Assembly (NCBI GenBank): GCA_963793385.1
Contig: CAWCAF010000016.1
Location: forward strand, 33,164-97,163
Source: an uncultured Acidimicrobiales bacterium
GTDB lineage: Bacteria; Actinomycetota; Acidimicrobiia; Acidimicrobiales; SZUA-35
Direction: 5' to 3'
DNA length: 64,000 nt
The notes beneath the pieces were generated by a model. That model was not told the DNA's origin, searched no databases, and worked only from the letters and a program-made list of their open reading frames with translations. Each line of letters begins with the position of its first letter. The stretch's first letter is position 1. Of the stretch, positions 19,796 through 29,841 are shown piece by piece. Both the position numbers and the translations under genes were made by a program.

Positions 19796-21371
19796 ATGAA
19801 ACCCGCCACCCTCGCCGAGCTACTCCGGCACGCGTCGTCTCTCCGGCCGACCGGCGATGCCATCGTCGGTCTCGAAGAGGATCTTCACCTGGCCCGAGGT
19901 CGAAGAGCGCACCAGGAAGCTCGCGCAGCGCCCTGGTCGCCCACGGCGTTGAGACCGGCGACCGGGTGGCGGTGATCCGGCCGAAGGGCCACGAGTCCTT
20001 CGAGGCGGTGCACGCCGTCTTGCGGCCGGAGCGATCATGGTGCCGATCGATCCGATGGCGCCGCCGGCAGCGGCGAGAGCCGTCGCCTCCGACGCCGGCG
20101 ATCAGCGCCGTGATCGGTCACGCTCCCACGATCAGACGAAGCGGCGTTCTCGAACTCGATGACCTCGATCTCAAGGTCGTCCTGTCCACCGGCAAACACC
20201 GGAGCAACTCACTGGTCCGGCACCGATCGTGAACATCGATTCACCTCTGGACCTGCGCTTCGACAACGACCTCCCCGACGTAGGACCGGACGATCCCGCC
20301 TACCTGATCTACACGTCGGGGTCGACGGGCGTACCCAAGGGCATCCTGCACACGCACCGCAGCGGTCTCGCCTACGCCGAGGGCGGCCGACGAACACGAG
20401 CTCACACACGAGGATCGCCTGGCGGCGATGACCGCCCTCCACTTCGACATGTCCACCTCGAGTTGTACGCCCTTCCGTTGGCCGGCGGGCACCGTCGTCC
20501 AGATGAGCGAGCCACATCTGCGGTTCCCTGCGAGCTTCACCGAACAGGGCCGCAGCGGAGAAGACCACGGTCTGGTACGGCATCCCGTTCCTCCTCGAAC
20601 AAGTGGTGACGAGGGGAGTACTGGCCGACCGGGACATGAGTGCGCTTCGCTCGGTCATCTACGCCGGCGAGGTGTTCCCCCCGAGTGCCTTGAGAGCACT
20701 GATGGCCGCGCTCCCCGGCGCCCGATTCGAGAACGCCTACGGACCCGCGGAGGTCAACGCCGTCACCGTCCACCGGCTGTCGGGACCACCCGCCGAAGGT
20801 CAGGATGTCCCTGTGGGCGTCCCCTGGCCGGGGGTGGAGGTGCTGATCGTCGACGACGACGAGCAACCCGTCCCCGACGGCGAGATGGGTGCGCTGTGGG
20901 TGTCGGCTCCCACACGCATGCGGGAGTACTGGAACCGTCCCGATCTCACCGAGGCCACCCGTCGCCGTCGCCGGACGGGACCTGACTGGTACGTGACCGG
21001 GGACCTTGCGACCCGCGACGAGCACGGCGTCATCTGGTTCCACGGGCGACGCGACCACCAGGTGAAACTCCGTGGCATACGAGTCGAGCTCGAAGGCGTG
21101 GAAGCAGCTCTCACCGATCATCCCGAGGTCCGCCAAGCCGTAGCAGGACCGTGGGGAGCCGAACCGGGCACCCTGGCCGCAACGGTGGTCGTTGGCGATC
21201 GACTGCACCATCGATCTTCGCAGTCTGCAGAAGTGGTCAGCCCGCCGTCTCCCCGCCGTCGCCGTCCCCGCCCATCTCGAGGTGCTCACCTCCCTTCCCC
21301 AGACCCCGAGCGGCAAGGTCGACAGAAAATCGATCAGAGCGCGCATGGCAGCCACCAAGGAACCAGAATGA
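19796..21371 (+). CDS. Stand-alone adenylation (AMP-binding) enzyme; at least 3 frame breaks
   Basis: Followed across frames: 'GVETGDRVAVIRPKG', 'AYLIYTSGSTGVPKGILHTHRSGLAY', 'NAYGPAEVNAVTVH', 'WYVTGDLATRDEHGVIWFHGRRDHQVKLRGIRVELEGVEAAL' and 'LPQTPSGKVDRKSI'. The stop TGA at 21369-21371 overlaps the next ATG (ATGA). Confidence 0.85.
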
Positions 21372-21633
21372 ATCACGTCACGACCCTCACCGACGCCCTC
21401 TGCGAGTTCATCGATGCCGAGGTCAGCCTCGACCCGGACACCCCCGTCGAGCCTGACACCGATCTGCTGACCACGGGCCTCGTCGATTCGCTGGGCGCAA
21501 TGGAGATCGTCCACTGGATCGAGGAATCGCCGGGGATCTCCACATCGAACCGGCCGACGTGACGATCGAGAACTTCCAGACCGTCGACCGCATGGTGGCC
21601 CTCGTCGCCCGTCTCGAGTCTCAGCAGCCCTGA
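21368..21633 (+). CDS. Stand-alone acyl/peptidyl carrier protein (one frame break near ~21535)
   Basis: 'MNHVTTLTDALCEFIDAEVSLDPDTPVEPDTDLLTTGLVDSLGAMEIVHWIEE' contains a DSL phosphopantetheine-attachment motif. A second frame continues as '...ENFQTVDRMVALVARLESQQP*'. Confidence 0.75.
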
Positions 21634-21709
21634 GATCGCATGGACGGCCGCGGTCGTCAGCGGGACTCGGCGAAGGGCGCCGACTGGAGCAGCGTTCTAG
21701 TCTGTCACC

Positions 21710-22905
21710 ATGGCGCACCGCTGGCCGGAATTCGACGTCGACCAGCACGGTCTTCACCTCGCAGTCGACCGGCTGAGCTCCCCGGCACCGGCGCAGGCGT
21801 CGGCCCTACCAACGGCTCTCCCACGGGACGGCATCGGTGAGGAGGGGGCGCTGGACGCCATGGCGCCTATCCTCCTCGACGGCGCCCGGGACCTCGGCGC
21901 ACCCGGCTTCTTCGCCCACATGGATCCGCCCACTCCCTGGATCACGTGGGCGGTGAGCCAGTGGACCGCCAGCCGGAACCAGAACCTCCTCCACCCGGAC
22001 ACCGCGCCCACGGCCCGGCATACTCGAAGAGACGGTGATCGGATGGTTCGCTCCGTTCTTCGGCATGAGCGGGGGCCACATGACCGCCGGCTCGACGCTG
22101 GCCAACATCACCGCTCTGTGGGCGGCCCGGGAAGCCGGAGCGGCCGAGGTGGTCGCCGGTGCGGACGCCCATCTGAGCGTCACGAAAGGCAGCGCACCTT
22201 CTGGGCATGCCGTTCGGCCGTCGACTGGGACGAACCCGGTGATCTGACCCGTACGGCTGCGGTGATCACCGCCGGGATGACGAGCACCGGCGAGATCGAA
22301 CCACTGGACGCTGCGGACGATGCCTGGTGGCGGCACGTGGACGCGGCGTGGTCCGGACCATTGCGGCTCAGCGACCGCTACGCCGGGCTGCTCGAAGGGC
22401 GTCGAGCGCGCCGACAGCGTGTGCCTGTCGGCCCACAAGTGGCTGTTCCAGCCCAAGGAGTCGGCGCTGGTCCTTTTCGCCGATGCCGCACGCGCCCACC
22501 GATCGGTGAGCGTCGATGGACCCTATCTCTCCGTGCCGAACGTGGGCGTCCTCGGCTCGCACGGTGCTGTGGCAGCGCCATTGGCTGCGACCGTTCTCGC
22601 CTACGGGCGGGCCGGGATCGCCGAGTGGATCGATCACACGATGGCGTTGGCCGACCAGCTCCACGACCTCGTCGAGGCCCATCCTCAGCTGGAAGCTCGC
22701 AGCGCAACCCAGGTCCGGCGTTCTGAACTGGCGTCACCGGTCGGTACCGACACCAGCGATCCGATCTGGACTGGCCGACGACGTCTTCGTCTCGAGCACG
22801 ATCATCGACGGTGAAGATTGGCTCCGTTCGGTGGCCGCCAACCCCAACGCCGACCCCGAACTGGTGGTCGAGGGTGTGCTCGCCGCCGCAGCCCGGGTGG
22901 GCTGA
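21710..22905 (+). CDS. PLP-dependent decarboxylase (group II / fold-type I); at least 3 frame breaks
   Basis: 'FFAHMDPPTPWITWAV', 'GGHMTAGSTLANITALWAARE', 'ITAGMTSTGEIEPLD' and 'ADSVCLSAHKWLFQPKESALVLF' (the SxHK PLP-lysine motif), followed across four frames. Confidence 0.75.
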
Positions 22906-22980
22906 CCAGGGCTTCTCCGACCCAGAAGATCGGCTGTGATGGTTGAGGCTCGAACCCCGACCCGAACCGACAACCACTCC

Positions 22981-23767
22981 TCAGCCGGCGAAGCCGGTGA
23001 CGCCTCCGTCAATGGGGATGACCGCACCGTCGATGTAGGCGCCGGCCCGACTGGACAACCAGAGCACGGTCCCGGCGATGTCCTCGGGTGAGCCGATCCG
23101 CCCGAACGGAACGGTCGACTCCACCATCGCCCGGCCCTCACCCTCGAGCGCCCCCGCCATCATCTGTGACTCGAACGGTCCCGGCGCGATCGAGTTGACC
23201 GTGATGTGATCATTGGCCAGCTTCTGACCCAGGTGCCGGGCCATCATGTGCACCCCCGCCTTGGAAGCCGAATAGGAGAAGTTGTCGATCCAGGTGGGTA
23301 CGGCGATGCCGTTGATCGATCCGGTCATGATCACCCGAGCCGGATCCTCGGCGCTGGCCGCAGCGCGCAGCAGGGGCAACAGCATGCTGGGTGAGGAAGA
23401 ATGGCGATTTCAGGTTGATGTCGATCACCTTGTCGAACCCGATCTCGGGGAACTTGCCCAGCGGCGCCACCCAGTTGGCACCGGCGTTGTTGCACAGGAT
23501 GTGGAGCTTGTCCTCGTGCGATTCGAACTCGTCGGCGAAGGACCGAACCCCTTCCGACGTGGAGAGATCGGCCGGGAGGGAGACACACTCGCCCAGTTCG
23601 CTCAACCGTTCGGCGGCCTCGTCGCACGCTGCCGCCTTCCGGGCGGTGATGTACACCTTGGCCCCACCGGAGAGCAATCCGGTGGCCATCATGTAGCCGA
23701 TCCCTCGGGAACCGCCGGTGACGATGGCGGTCTTGCCCTCCACGCTGAACAGTCGAGTCACATCCAT
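22981..23767 (-). CDS. SDR family oxidoreductase (one frame break near ~23390)
   Basis: 'GKTAIVTGGSRGIGYMMA', 'NNAGANW' and 'YSASKAGVHMMARHLGQKLANDHITVNSIAPGPF...IDGGV' (TGxxxGxG, NNAG and YxxxK motifs). Confidence 0.85.
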
Positions 23768-23814
23768 TCCGGCAGGCTACGGCACGGTCACGCCGCCGGA
23801 GAACCGAACGCTCC

Positions 23815-24261
23815 TCAGCCCTGGGGTGCCGGTCGGTCCAACCGCATCGGCACGTGGGGGATGCCGTCCTCGACGAACTCGTCGCCGGTCGGCTCGAAGC
23901 CGAAACGGCCATACCAGTCGACGAGGTGTGACTGGGCGTCGAGTACCACCGGGCCCTCTGTGGCCTTCAGCGCCGCGCCGACCAGGCGGCCGGCCAGCCC
24001 CCGTCCCCGGTACTCGGCCCGGGTCGCCACCCGGCCGATGCGTCGTTGGTGACCATCGTCGAGAATGCGCAGTGTGGCAATGACACCAGCCTGGTCGGTC
24101 AGCCACATGTGCGTCGTCGACGGCTCGAGGTCCCGTCCGTCGATCTCGGCATACGGGCAGTGTTGCTCGACCACGAAGACGTCGATGCGAAGTTCGAGCA
24201 GGTCATGGAGTTCGCGGGTCGTCAGCTCGTGCCCGCCCCGCTCCACCAAGGCCTCCGTCAT
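23815..24261 (-). CDS. GNAT family N-acetyltransferase (ElaA-like)
   Basis: From the internal ATG (complement 24259-24261): 'LHDLLELRIDVFVVEQHCPYAEIDGRD...RIGRVATRAEYRGRGLAGRLV...AQSHLVDWYGRFGFEP'. Confidence 0.8.
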   Translation of the reverse strand: MTEALVERGGHELTTRELHDLLELRIDVFVVEQHCPYAEIDGRDLEPSTTHMWLTDQAGVIATLRILDDGHQRRIGRVATRAEYRGRGLAGRLVGAALKATEGPVVLDAQSHLVDWYGRFGFEPTGDEFVEDGIPHVPMRLDRPAPQG

Positions 24262-24296
24262 CGGCCCAACCGCCCCGGTGCGCTCGTCAACCCGAT

Positions 24297-25049
24297 CTAC
24301 TCGGCCATCCGGGTCTTCAGCGCAGCCACCATCTCCTGGAAGGCCGGCTGATCCATCGACCACACCTGGGTGTCGAGTTCGTTGTCCACCGCGTCGGTTC
24401 CGGTGGCGATGGTCTGCGTGCGGTGAATCGTCTCCTTGGTGCGCAACAACAGCTCGCGGGGCGCCGACGCCGCCCTGACCGCCAGCGCTTCGGCAGCGGT
24501 GAGGAGTTCGTCGTCGGGGACGCACGTCCACGCCAGCCCGACCTCGGCGGCGCGGGCTCCGTCGAGCACCTCGCCGAAGAGGACCATCGCCTTGACGGTC
24601 TGGAGATCGGTGAGATTCCGCAGGCGCCACGTGTGACCACCGCCGGGGGCGATACCGATCTGGAGGAAACGTGAGTCGAATCTGGCCGACTCGGCTGCGA
24701 CGACGAGATCGCAGGCGAGCACGGCGTTCATCCCGGCACCGACGGCGGCCCCGTTGACGGCGGCGATCGTCGCCAACCGGCTCTCGGCCAACCGGAGGAA
24801 GCCTGCGTACACCCGTCGCAGCCCGTCGTGACCGGGGTTGTCCAGCAACTCGTCGAGGTGCCCGCCCGAGCAGAATCCCTTGCCCGCCCCGGTCACGATG
24901 ACCGCGTTGATCGACTCGTCGGCCTCGAGCGCATCGAGCGCATCCGACACCCGGGCGCTCATGTCGAGCGTGAAAACGTTGCGCCGATCCGGGTCGTTCA
25001 ACGTGAGAATCGCGTAGCCGTCGCGTTTGTCCACCAGTACCGAGTCCAC
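24297..25049 (-). CDS. Enoyl-CoA hydratase/isomerase (crotonase) family protein
   Basis: 'YAILTLNDPDRRNVF...AVIVTGAGKGFCSGGHL...IAAVNGAAVGAGMNAVLACDLVVAAESARF'. GTG start proposed at 25049. Confidence 0.85.
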   Translation of the reverse strand: MDSVLVDKRDGYAILTLNDPDRRNVFTLDMSARVSDALDALEADESINAVIVTGAGKGFCSGGHLDELLDNPGHDGLRRVYAGFLRLAESRLATIAAVNGAAVGAGMNAVLACDLVVAAESARFDSRFLQIGIAPGGGHTWRLRNLTDLQTVKAMVLFGEVLDGARAAEVGLAWTCVPDDELLTAAEALAVRAASAPRELLLRTKETIHRTQTIATGTDAVDNELDTQVWSMDQPAFQEMVAALKTRMAE

Positions 25050-25097
25050 CCGGAGAACCCTAACCCAATCCGCAGTCAGCGCAGCGCGTGTGTCACG

Positions 25098-25529
25098 ATG
25101 GCACCGATGAGCACACCGATGGCAGGCTGTCTGGAGCGATGGCACGAGTTCCTGAGCGACGGGGCCGATTCCCATGAGCTTCTGGAAGCGATCCTCCATC
25201 CCGAATCCGTCTTTCTCTCACCGATCGTCTTCACACCCCAGCGGGGCCGAGACCTCGTCATGGGATACCTGCTGGCGGCAGGGCAGACCCTGGTCGGTAC
25301 CGACGAGCAGCCGTTCCGGTACGTGAAGGAGGTGGTGGACCGACGCCATGCCGTTCTCGAGTTCGAGACCTCGATCGAAGGCAAGTACGTCAACGGTGTC
25401 GACATCATCACCTGCGACCACGACGGCCTCATCACCGAATTCAAGGTGATGATCCGTCCACTGCAGGCGGTCAATCTCGTCCACGAGCAGATGATGGCGA
25501 TGCTCGAGGCGATGAAACCCTCCTCGTGA
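25098..25529 (+). CDS. SnoaL/NTF2-like family protein
   Basis: A 143-aa ORF from the ATG at 25098 with 'LERWHEFLS...LHPESVFLSPIVFTPQRGRDLV...LEFETSIEGKYVNGVDIITCDHDGLITEFKVMIRP', an NTF2-like fold pattern. The assignment rests on pattern only. Confidence 0.55.
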   Translation: MAPMSTPMAGCLERWHEFLSDGADSHELLEAILHPESVFLSPIVFTPQRGRDLVMGYLLAAGQTLVGTDEQPFRYVKEVVDRRHAVLEFETSIEGKYVNGVDIITCDHDGLITEFKVMIRPLQAVNLVHEQMMAMLEAMKPSS

Positions 25530-25548
25530 AGCCGTCGATCCCGGATCG

Positions 25549-26389
25549 ATGAGCCATTCGCTGCCTTTCCGTGAGGTCGATGTGTTCTGCACCACCGGTC
25601 TCGACGGCAACCCTCTCGCCGTGATCCACGACGCCGACGGCCTCTCGGGTGCGTCGATGCAGAGGATCGCCAACTGGACCAATTTCTCCGAGACCACGTT
25701 CCTGCTCACCCCCGAGGACCCCGCTGCGGACTACCGGGTGCGCATCTTCACCCCCTCCGAGGAACTCCCGTTCGCCGGTCACCCCACGATCGGCTCGGCC
25801 CACGCATGGCTGGAGGCCGGCGGCATCCCGGCGACGCCCGGCAGGGTGGTCCAGGAGTGTGGTCTCGGCTTGATCGACCTTCGGGCCGAGGGCGAACGAC
25901 TGGCGTTCGAAGCGCCCGAACTTCTCCGCCAGGGTCCTGTCGGCTGAGGCGGATCGGGTGCGGACGCTGGCGATCCTCGGTCTCGAGGATCACGAGGTGG
26001 CGGCGATCGAATGGATCGACAACGGACCCGGGTGGATCGGCGTGGAGCTGTCCGATCCGGGCCGCATCGGCTCCCTCAGTCCCCGACCGGTCGATGACTC
26101 GCCGGTCGAAGTCGCCGTGGTGGCGATCGGATCGACGCTCCCCGGCGTCGACGTCGAGCTCCGGTGCTTCTTCGGCACGGACATCACCGAGGATCCCGTC
26201 ACCGGCTCGGCCAACGCCGGGTTCGCCAAGTGGTTCGACCGGGCGAACCGGATCCCGTTTCCGTACACGGCTGCCCAAGGCAACTACATCGGAAGAGACG
26301 GACGGGTGTACGTGTCCCGGGACAGCAGCGGCCGCATATGGGTCGGCGGCGCCGCCACGACGGTCGTCACCGGTTCGATCACCGTGTGA
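25549..26389 (+). CDS. PhzF-family isomerase-like protein (one frame break near ~25940)
   Basis: 'FREVDVFCTTGLDGNPLAVIHDADGLSGASMQRIANWTNFSETTFLL...YRVRIFTPSEELPFAGHPTIGSAHAW', then 'FFGTDITEDPVTGSANAGFAKW...GNYIGRDGRVYV'. Confidence 0.85.
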
Positions 26390-26401
26390 TCAACCCCGTT
26401 G

Positions 26402-26957
26402 ATGGCACATCCCTTACCCTGACCGAGTGCGACCCGAGATCGAACTGCCCGGTGACGATGGGACCACGTGGCGGCTGTCCGAACGGCGGGGCACCACGGT
26501 CGTCTTGATCTTCCACCGCCACATCCATTGACTGCCCTGTAAGGCACACGTCGTCGCCGTGCGCGACCGACTGAACGACTTCGGGCCCGACGTGGAAGTC
26601 GCCCTCATCACCTTCAGTGACCCCAAGTACCTGCGCGCCTACCGCGGTCGAACCGGGTGGGACCGGCCGATCCTGGTCGACACCGATCGGTCGGTGTACC
26701 GCCAGTTCGGCTACGACCGAGGCTCGGTGTGGCGGGTGTACGGATGGCGAGTGCTGCGTCGGTATGCCCAGATCTTTCGTCGTGACGGATTCGGCGATTA
26801 CGAAAAGGCCACCGAGGACACGCTGCAACTGGGCGGCAACGCCGTGATCGACCCCGGGGGTGCGACCTCGTGGGTGTACCGGGGTGCAGGACCCGACGAT
26901 CGTCCGTCGGTCGACGAACTGATCGAACGGGTCGAGCAGGCCAGACGGAAGTACTGA
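26402..26957 (+). CDS. Peroxiredoxin-like (AhpC/TSA_2, PRXL2-type) protein with in-frame TGA at the first position of the CxxC motif (candidate selenoprotein, or a nonsense-disrupted gene)
   Basis: One frame reads '..PEIELPGDDGTTWRLSERRGTTVVLIFHRHIH[TGA 26529-26531]LPCKAHVVAVRDRLNDFGPDVEVALITFSDPKYLRAYRGRTGWDRPILVDTDRSVYRQFG...LGGNAVIDPGG'. The frame is the same on both sides of the TGA. The start is uncertain: GTG at 26427, or ATG at 26402 if a 1-nt indel is assumed. Confidence 0.7.
26529..26594 (+). promoter_or_regulatory. TGA plus downstream stem candidate (possible bacterial SECIS-like element)
   Basis: The 7-bp perfect complement CACGTCG (26547-26553) / CGACGTG (26588-26594) begins 16 nt after the TGA, and shorter inner pairings are possible. 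GC-rich DNA forms such stems by chance, so this is only suggestive. Confidence 0.25.
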
Positions 26958-26969
26958 GCCCTCGTCGAC

Positions 26970-28318
26970 CTACGACGGATCTGTGACCTGGCCGAGGAAG
27001 AGCATCTCGCCGGTGGAGGAGTGCTCGATCCAGAAGAGGAACGGACGGTCGGCGGTGAATGTGGCGGGCTCCGGGGCGGACGTCAGGCCGATGATGAGCG
27101 CGGTGGCTGCCGCCGCCTCGGTGCCTTCCTCGTCCAGGGCGATGAACGTCTTGTGAAACGCGTCGGAGACGTAGAGCTCGCGCATCTCGGTGATGCCGGT
27201 CAGATCGGCGCCGCTGGTCGGCGACGGCGGCTCGAACGCGGTCGTCATGCCGAGTTGCTGGAGCGCCGGCTTGAGAGCGATCTCGGCGTCGAACTCGAAT
27301 GACGGGAGCGTGATCTCGACCCGGCGGTCACCCCAGGCGATGTCCAGATCCTCCGGTTCCAGTGCGGCGGCCAGGTCGGCCGGCGACCCCGACCTCGGAA
27401 GCAGAACCACCATGGCGGCGTCACCGGCGTAGGGCAGGCGGACGGCTTCGAACAGCCCGGTCTCGGCATAACCGGTGCGCAGGCTGGCCTGCATCAGCGG
27501 TACCCGGATCTCGGAGTCGTCGAGCAGTGTGAACGAGCCCGGCGCCGTGAGTTGGGGATCGAACGCTTCGTACCAGTTGGCGTAGAACCATATGGCGTTC
27601 ACGAGCGCCAGTCGGGTGTCGACGGTGATACCGCCTTCCGGGATGAGGTCCTTGATGCGATCTTCGGTGGTCTCCTCGACCCATCGATTGATGATGGCTC
27701 GGGAGCCGTCCGGGTCTCCGGCGTAGTCGAGAAGGCGGAGGCCGGCCCCGTAGTCGGTGGCCAGAACGGTCAGGTAGTCGTCGCGGAATGGGTAGCCGCC
27801 CTGCCCCCAGGCGGAGTTGGCGGGCCGGATGGTGAAGGGTTGGCGCGTGTCGGACTCACCCATCGGCGCGGGAGGGGTGGCCAGCGCTGTGTCGATGTGG
27901 TTGCGGACGGCGTGGAGGGTGTCGTCGTCCACGTCGAGGTGGAGCACCTGGGCGATTTCTTCGGCGGTGGTTCCCCGCGCCCCGGGATAGAGCATGCTCA
28001 GGGCGGTGGCGATCGAGTACGGGGAGATCATCGTGTTGTCGTCGGTCGGCGACGATGTCCCAGGAGGTCGAGTCCGAACGCGGCATCGGCCGCCACCACG
28101 GCGGCGATGTCGGATTCGGTGACCGAGGCCGACGTGCGCGGCAGATCGACCCGGACCTCGTCGCCGGGGGTGAACGCCTCGGTGCGATTCCCGGGATCGA
28201 CCGTCGTGGGAGTGGGGGGAGTTGTCGTGGTCGCCGCTCCGTCTGTGGATCCACACCCCGCCGTGACCATCGCCAAGGCGAGTAGCGGAGCAAGGAACCG
28301 GGTGTTCGTCATGCTCAT
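26970..28318 (-). CDS. Serpin family lipoprotein (one frame break near ~28040)
   Basis: The N-terminus 'MSMTNTRFLAPLLALAMVTAGCGS' is a signal peptide with a lipobox. The serpin core has 'SPYSIATALSMLYPGARGTTAEEI', 'VNAIWFYANWYEAF' and the hinge/RCL 'FIALDEEGTEAAAATALIIGLTSAPEP', followed by 'FTADRPFLFWIEH'. Confidence 0.85.
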
Positions 28319-28414
28319 GAGACGGTACCCGGACCACGGTGGTTCCCATGGAATCGATCGCGACGGCCAGGCGCCGATCGAGCTCGACCCGGGACGCCCG
28401 TACGATGTGCTGCT

Positions 28415-29084
28415 GTGAACACCGGGAACGGCGGCGAGGACATCGATGACGATCTACGAGTTCGCCGTATCCCGGGACGGGCGAGCTACGACCGTGAGGT
28501 GATCGATGCCATCGCCGATGCGGCTCTGGTGGCCCACGTCGGGGCGGTGCGCGACGGCGTGCCGATCGTGATCCCGATGTTCTGCGTGCGAGACGGTGAC
28601 CACCTGCTGCTGCACGGCGCCCCGGCCGCCGGGCTCTTCCGCCGGGCCGACGGTTCGACGATCTGTGCGGAGATGACCGTGCTCGATGGGCTGGTGCTGG
28701 CTCGATCGGCGTTCCATCATTCGATGAACTATCGATCCCTCGTCGTGATCGGAGAGCCCGAAGCGGTGACCGACCCCGAGGAGAAGGAACGGGCTCTCGA
28801 GATGTTCGTGGAGCGGCTGGTGCCGGGACGCCAGGCCCAACTCCGCCCGACGACGACCAAGGAGATCCAGGGAACCACGGGTCTACAGGCTGTCCCTGGA
28901 TCGAGCGTCGGCCAAGATCAGGACCGGGCCCCCGGTCGACGACGAGGAGGACTACGCCTTCGACGTCTGGGCCGGTGTCGTTCCCGTCGAGCGCAACTTC
29001 GGTTCACCGATCGACGACCCCCGCCTCAACAGCGGCGTCGCACCCGCCGACAACGTCCGTCGCCTGGTCGACCCCGATCGGTAG
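28415..29084 (+). CDS. Pyridoxamine-5'-phosphate-oxidase-like (FMN-binding split-barrel) family protein (one frame break near ~28880)
   Basis: 'RASYDREVIDAIADAALVAHVGAVRDGVPIVIPMFCVRDGDHLLLHGAPAAG...RSAFHHSMNYRSLVVIGEPEAVTDPEEKERALEMFVERLVPGR', then a second frame '...DDEEDYAFDVWAGVVPV...' ending with TAG at 29082-29084. Confidence 0.7.
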
Positions 29085-29126
29085 AACACCTCGAACCAGC
29101 CACCGCAGCGATGCGCTGGGACCTGG

Positions 29127-29759
29127 TCAGCGGCGCGGCAGCGGCGTCCAGGAACCCGCCACGGACCGGGCCGGCTCGCCTCTGCCGACCGCCCACACGT
29201 CGTCGTTGTCGACGATGGCGCCACCGCATTCGGGTAGACCCCACAACGTCGTGTCCGGCACGTTCCATCGCGCCTTGCCCGGAGACCAGTGCGGGAGTGC
29301 GAGGCCTTCCACCAGGCCGAGTCCAGGCACTACCTCGCCGCCGCGGTCGGGCCGAATCACGGATTCGCAGAGCACCATCGCTCCGGCGGAGGCCCCTGAG
29401 ATCGCCATGCCGGACCGGTGGAGCTCGATCATCCGGTGACCGATCGCGCCGCTCAACACGCCGAGGAGGCTCGATGGCGAACCGCCAGGCAACACCAGAA
29501 GGTCAATGTCCGAGGTGAGCCGGTCCAGGGCCGCAGGTTGGTCGTCACGGGGGTCGGGGACGATCGTGACCGCAGCCCCGAGGCCTTCGTAGTGGCGGCG
29601 GGCCCGGTCGGAGGCTCCGGCATAGTCCGAGCCGGGCCTGGCGGCACCGGCCAGCACACCCACTGCGGTCCCGGGGGCCAGCGAGAGGACCACTCGATCC
29701 ATCTCCTCACACGCCGGCGTGAATTCCCGACCGCCCTGCAAACACAGCCGACCGCTCAT
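29127..29759 (-). CDS. Peptidase S51 / class-I glutamine-amidotransferase-like protein (cyanophycinase/dipeptidase E family)
   Basis: Intact ORF with 'LCLQGGREF...IDLLVLPGGSPSSLLGVL...GMAISGASAGAMVLCE'. Confidence 0.65.
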   Translation of the reverse strand: MSGRLCLQGGREFTPACEEMDRVVLSLAPGTAVGVLAGAARPGSDYAGASDRARRHYEGLGAAVTIVPDPRDDQPAALDRLTSDIDLLVLPGGSPSSLLGVLSGAIGHRMIELHRSGMAISGASAGAMVLCESVIRPDRGGEVVPGLGLVEGLALPHWSPGKARWNVPDTTLWGLPECGGAIVDNDDVWAVGRGEPARSVAGSWTPLPRR

Positions 29760-29841
29760 CCTCGGATCCTCCCACGACCCGTGCGCATCGCCAATTCCCC
29801 GCCGTTGAAGCGGGTCGACCGAAGCCGACTAGCCTGCGCAC

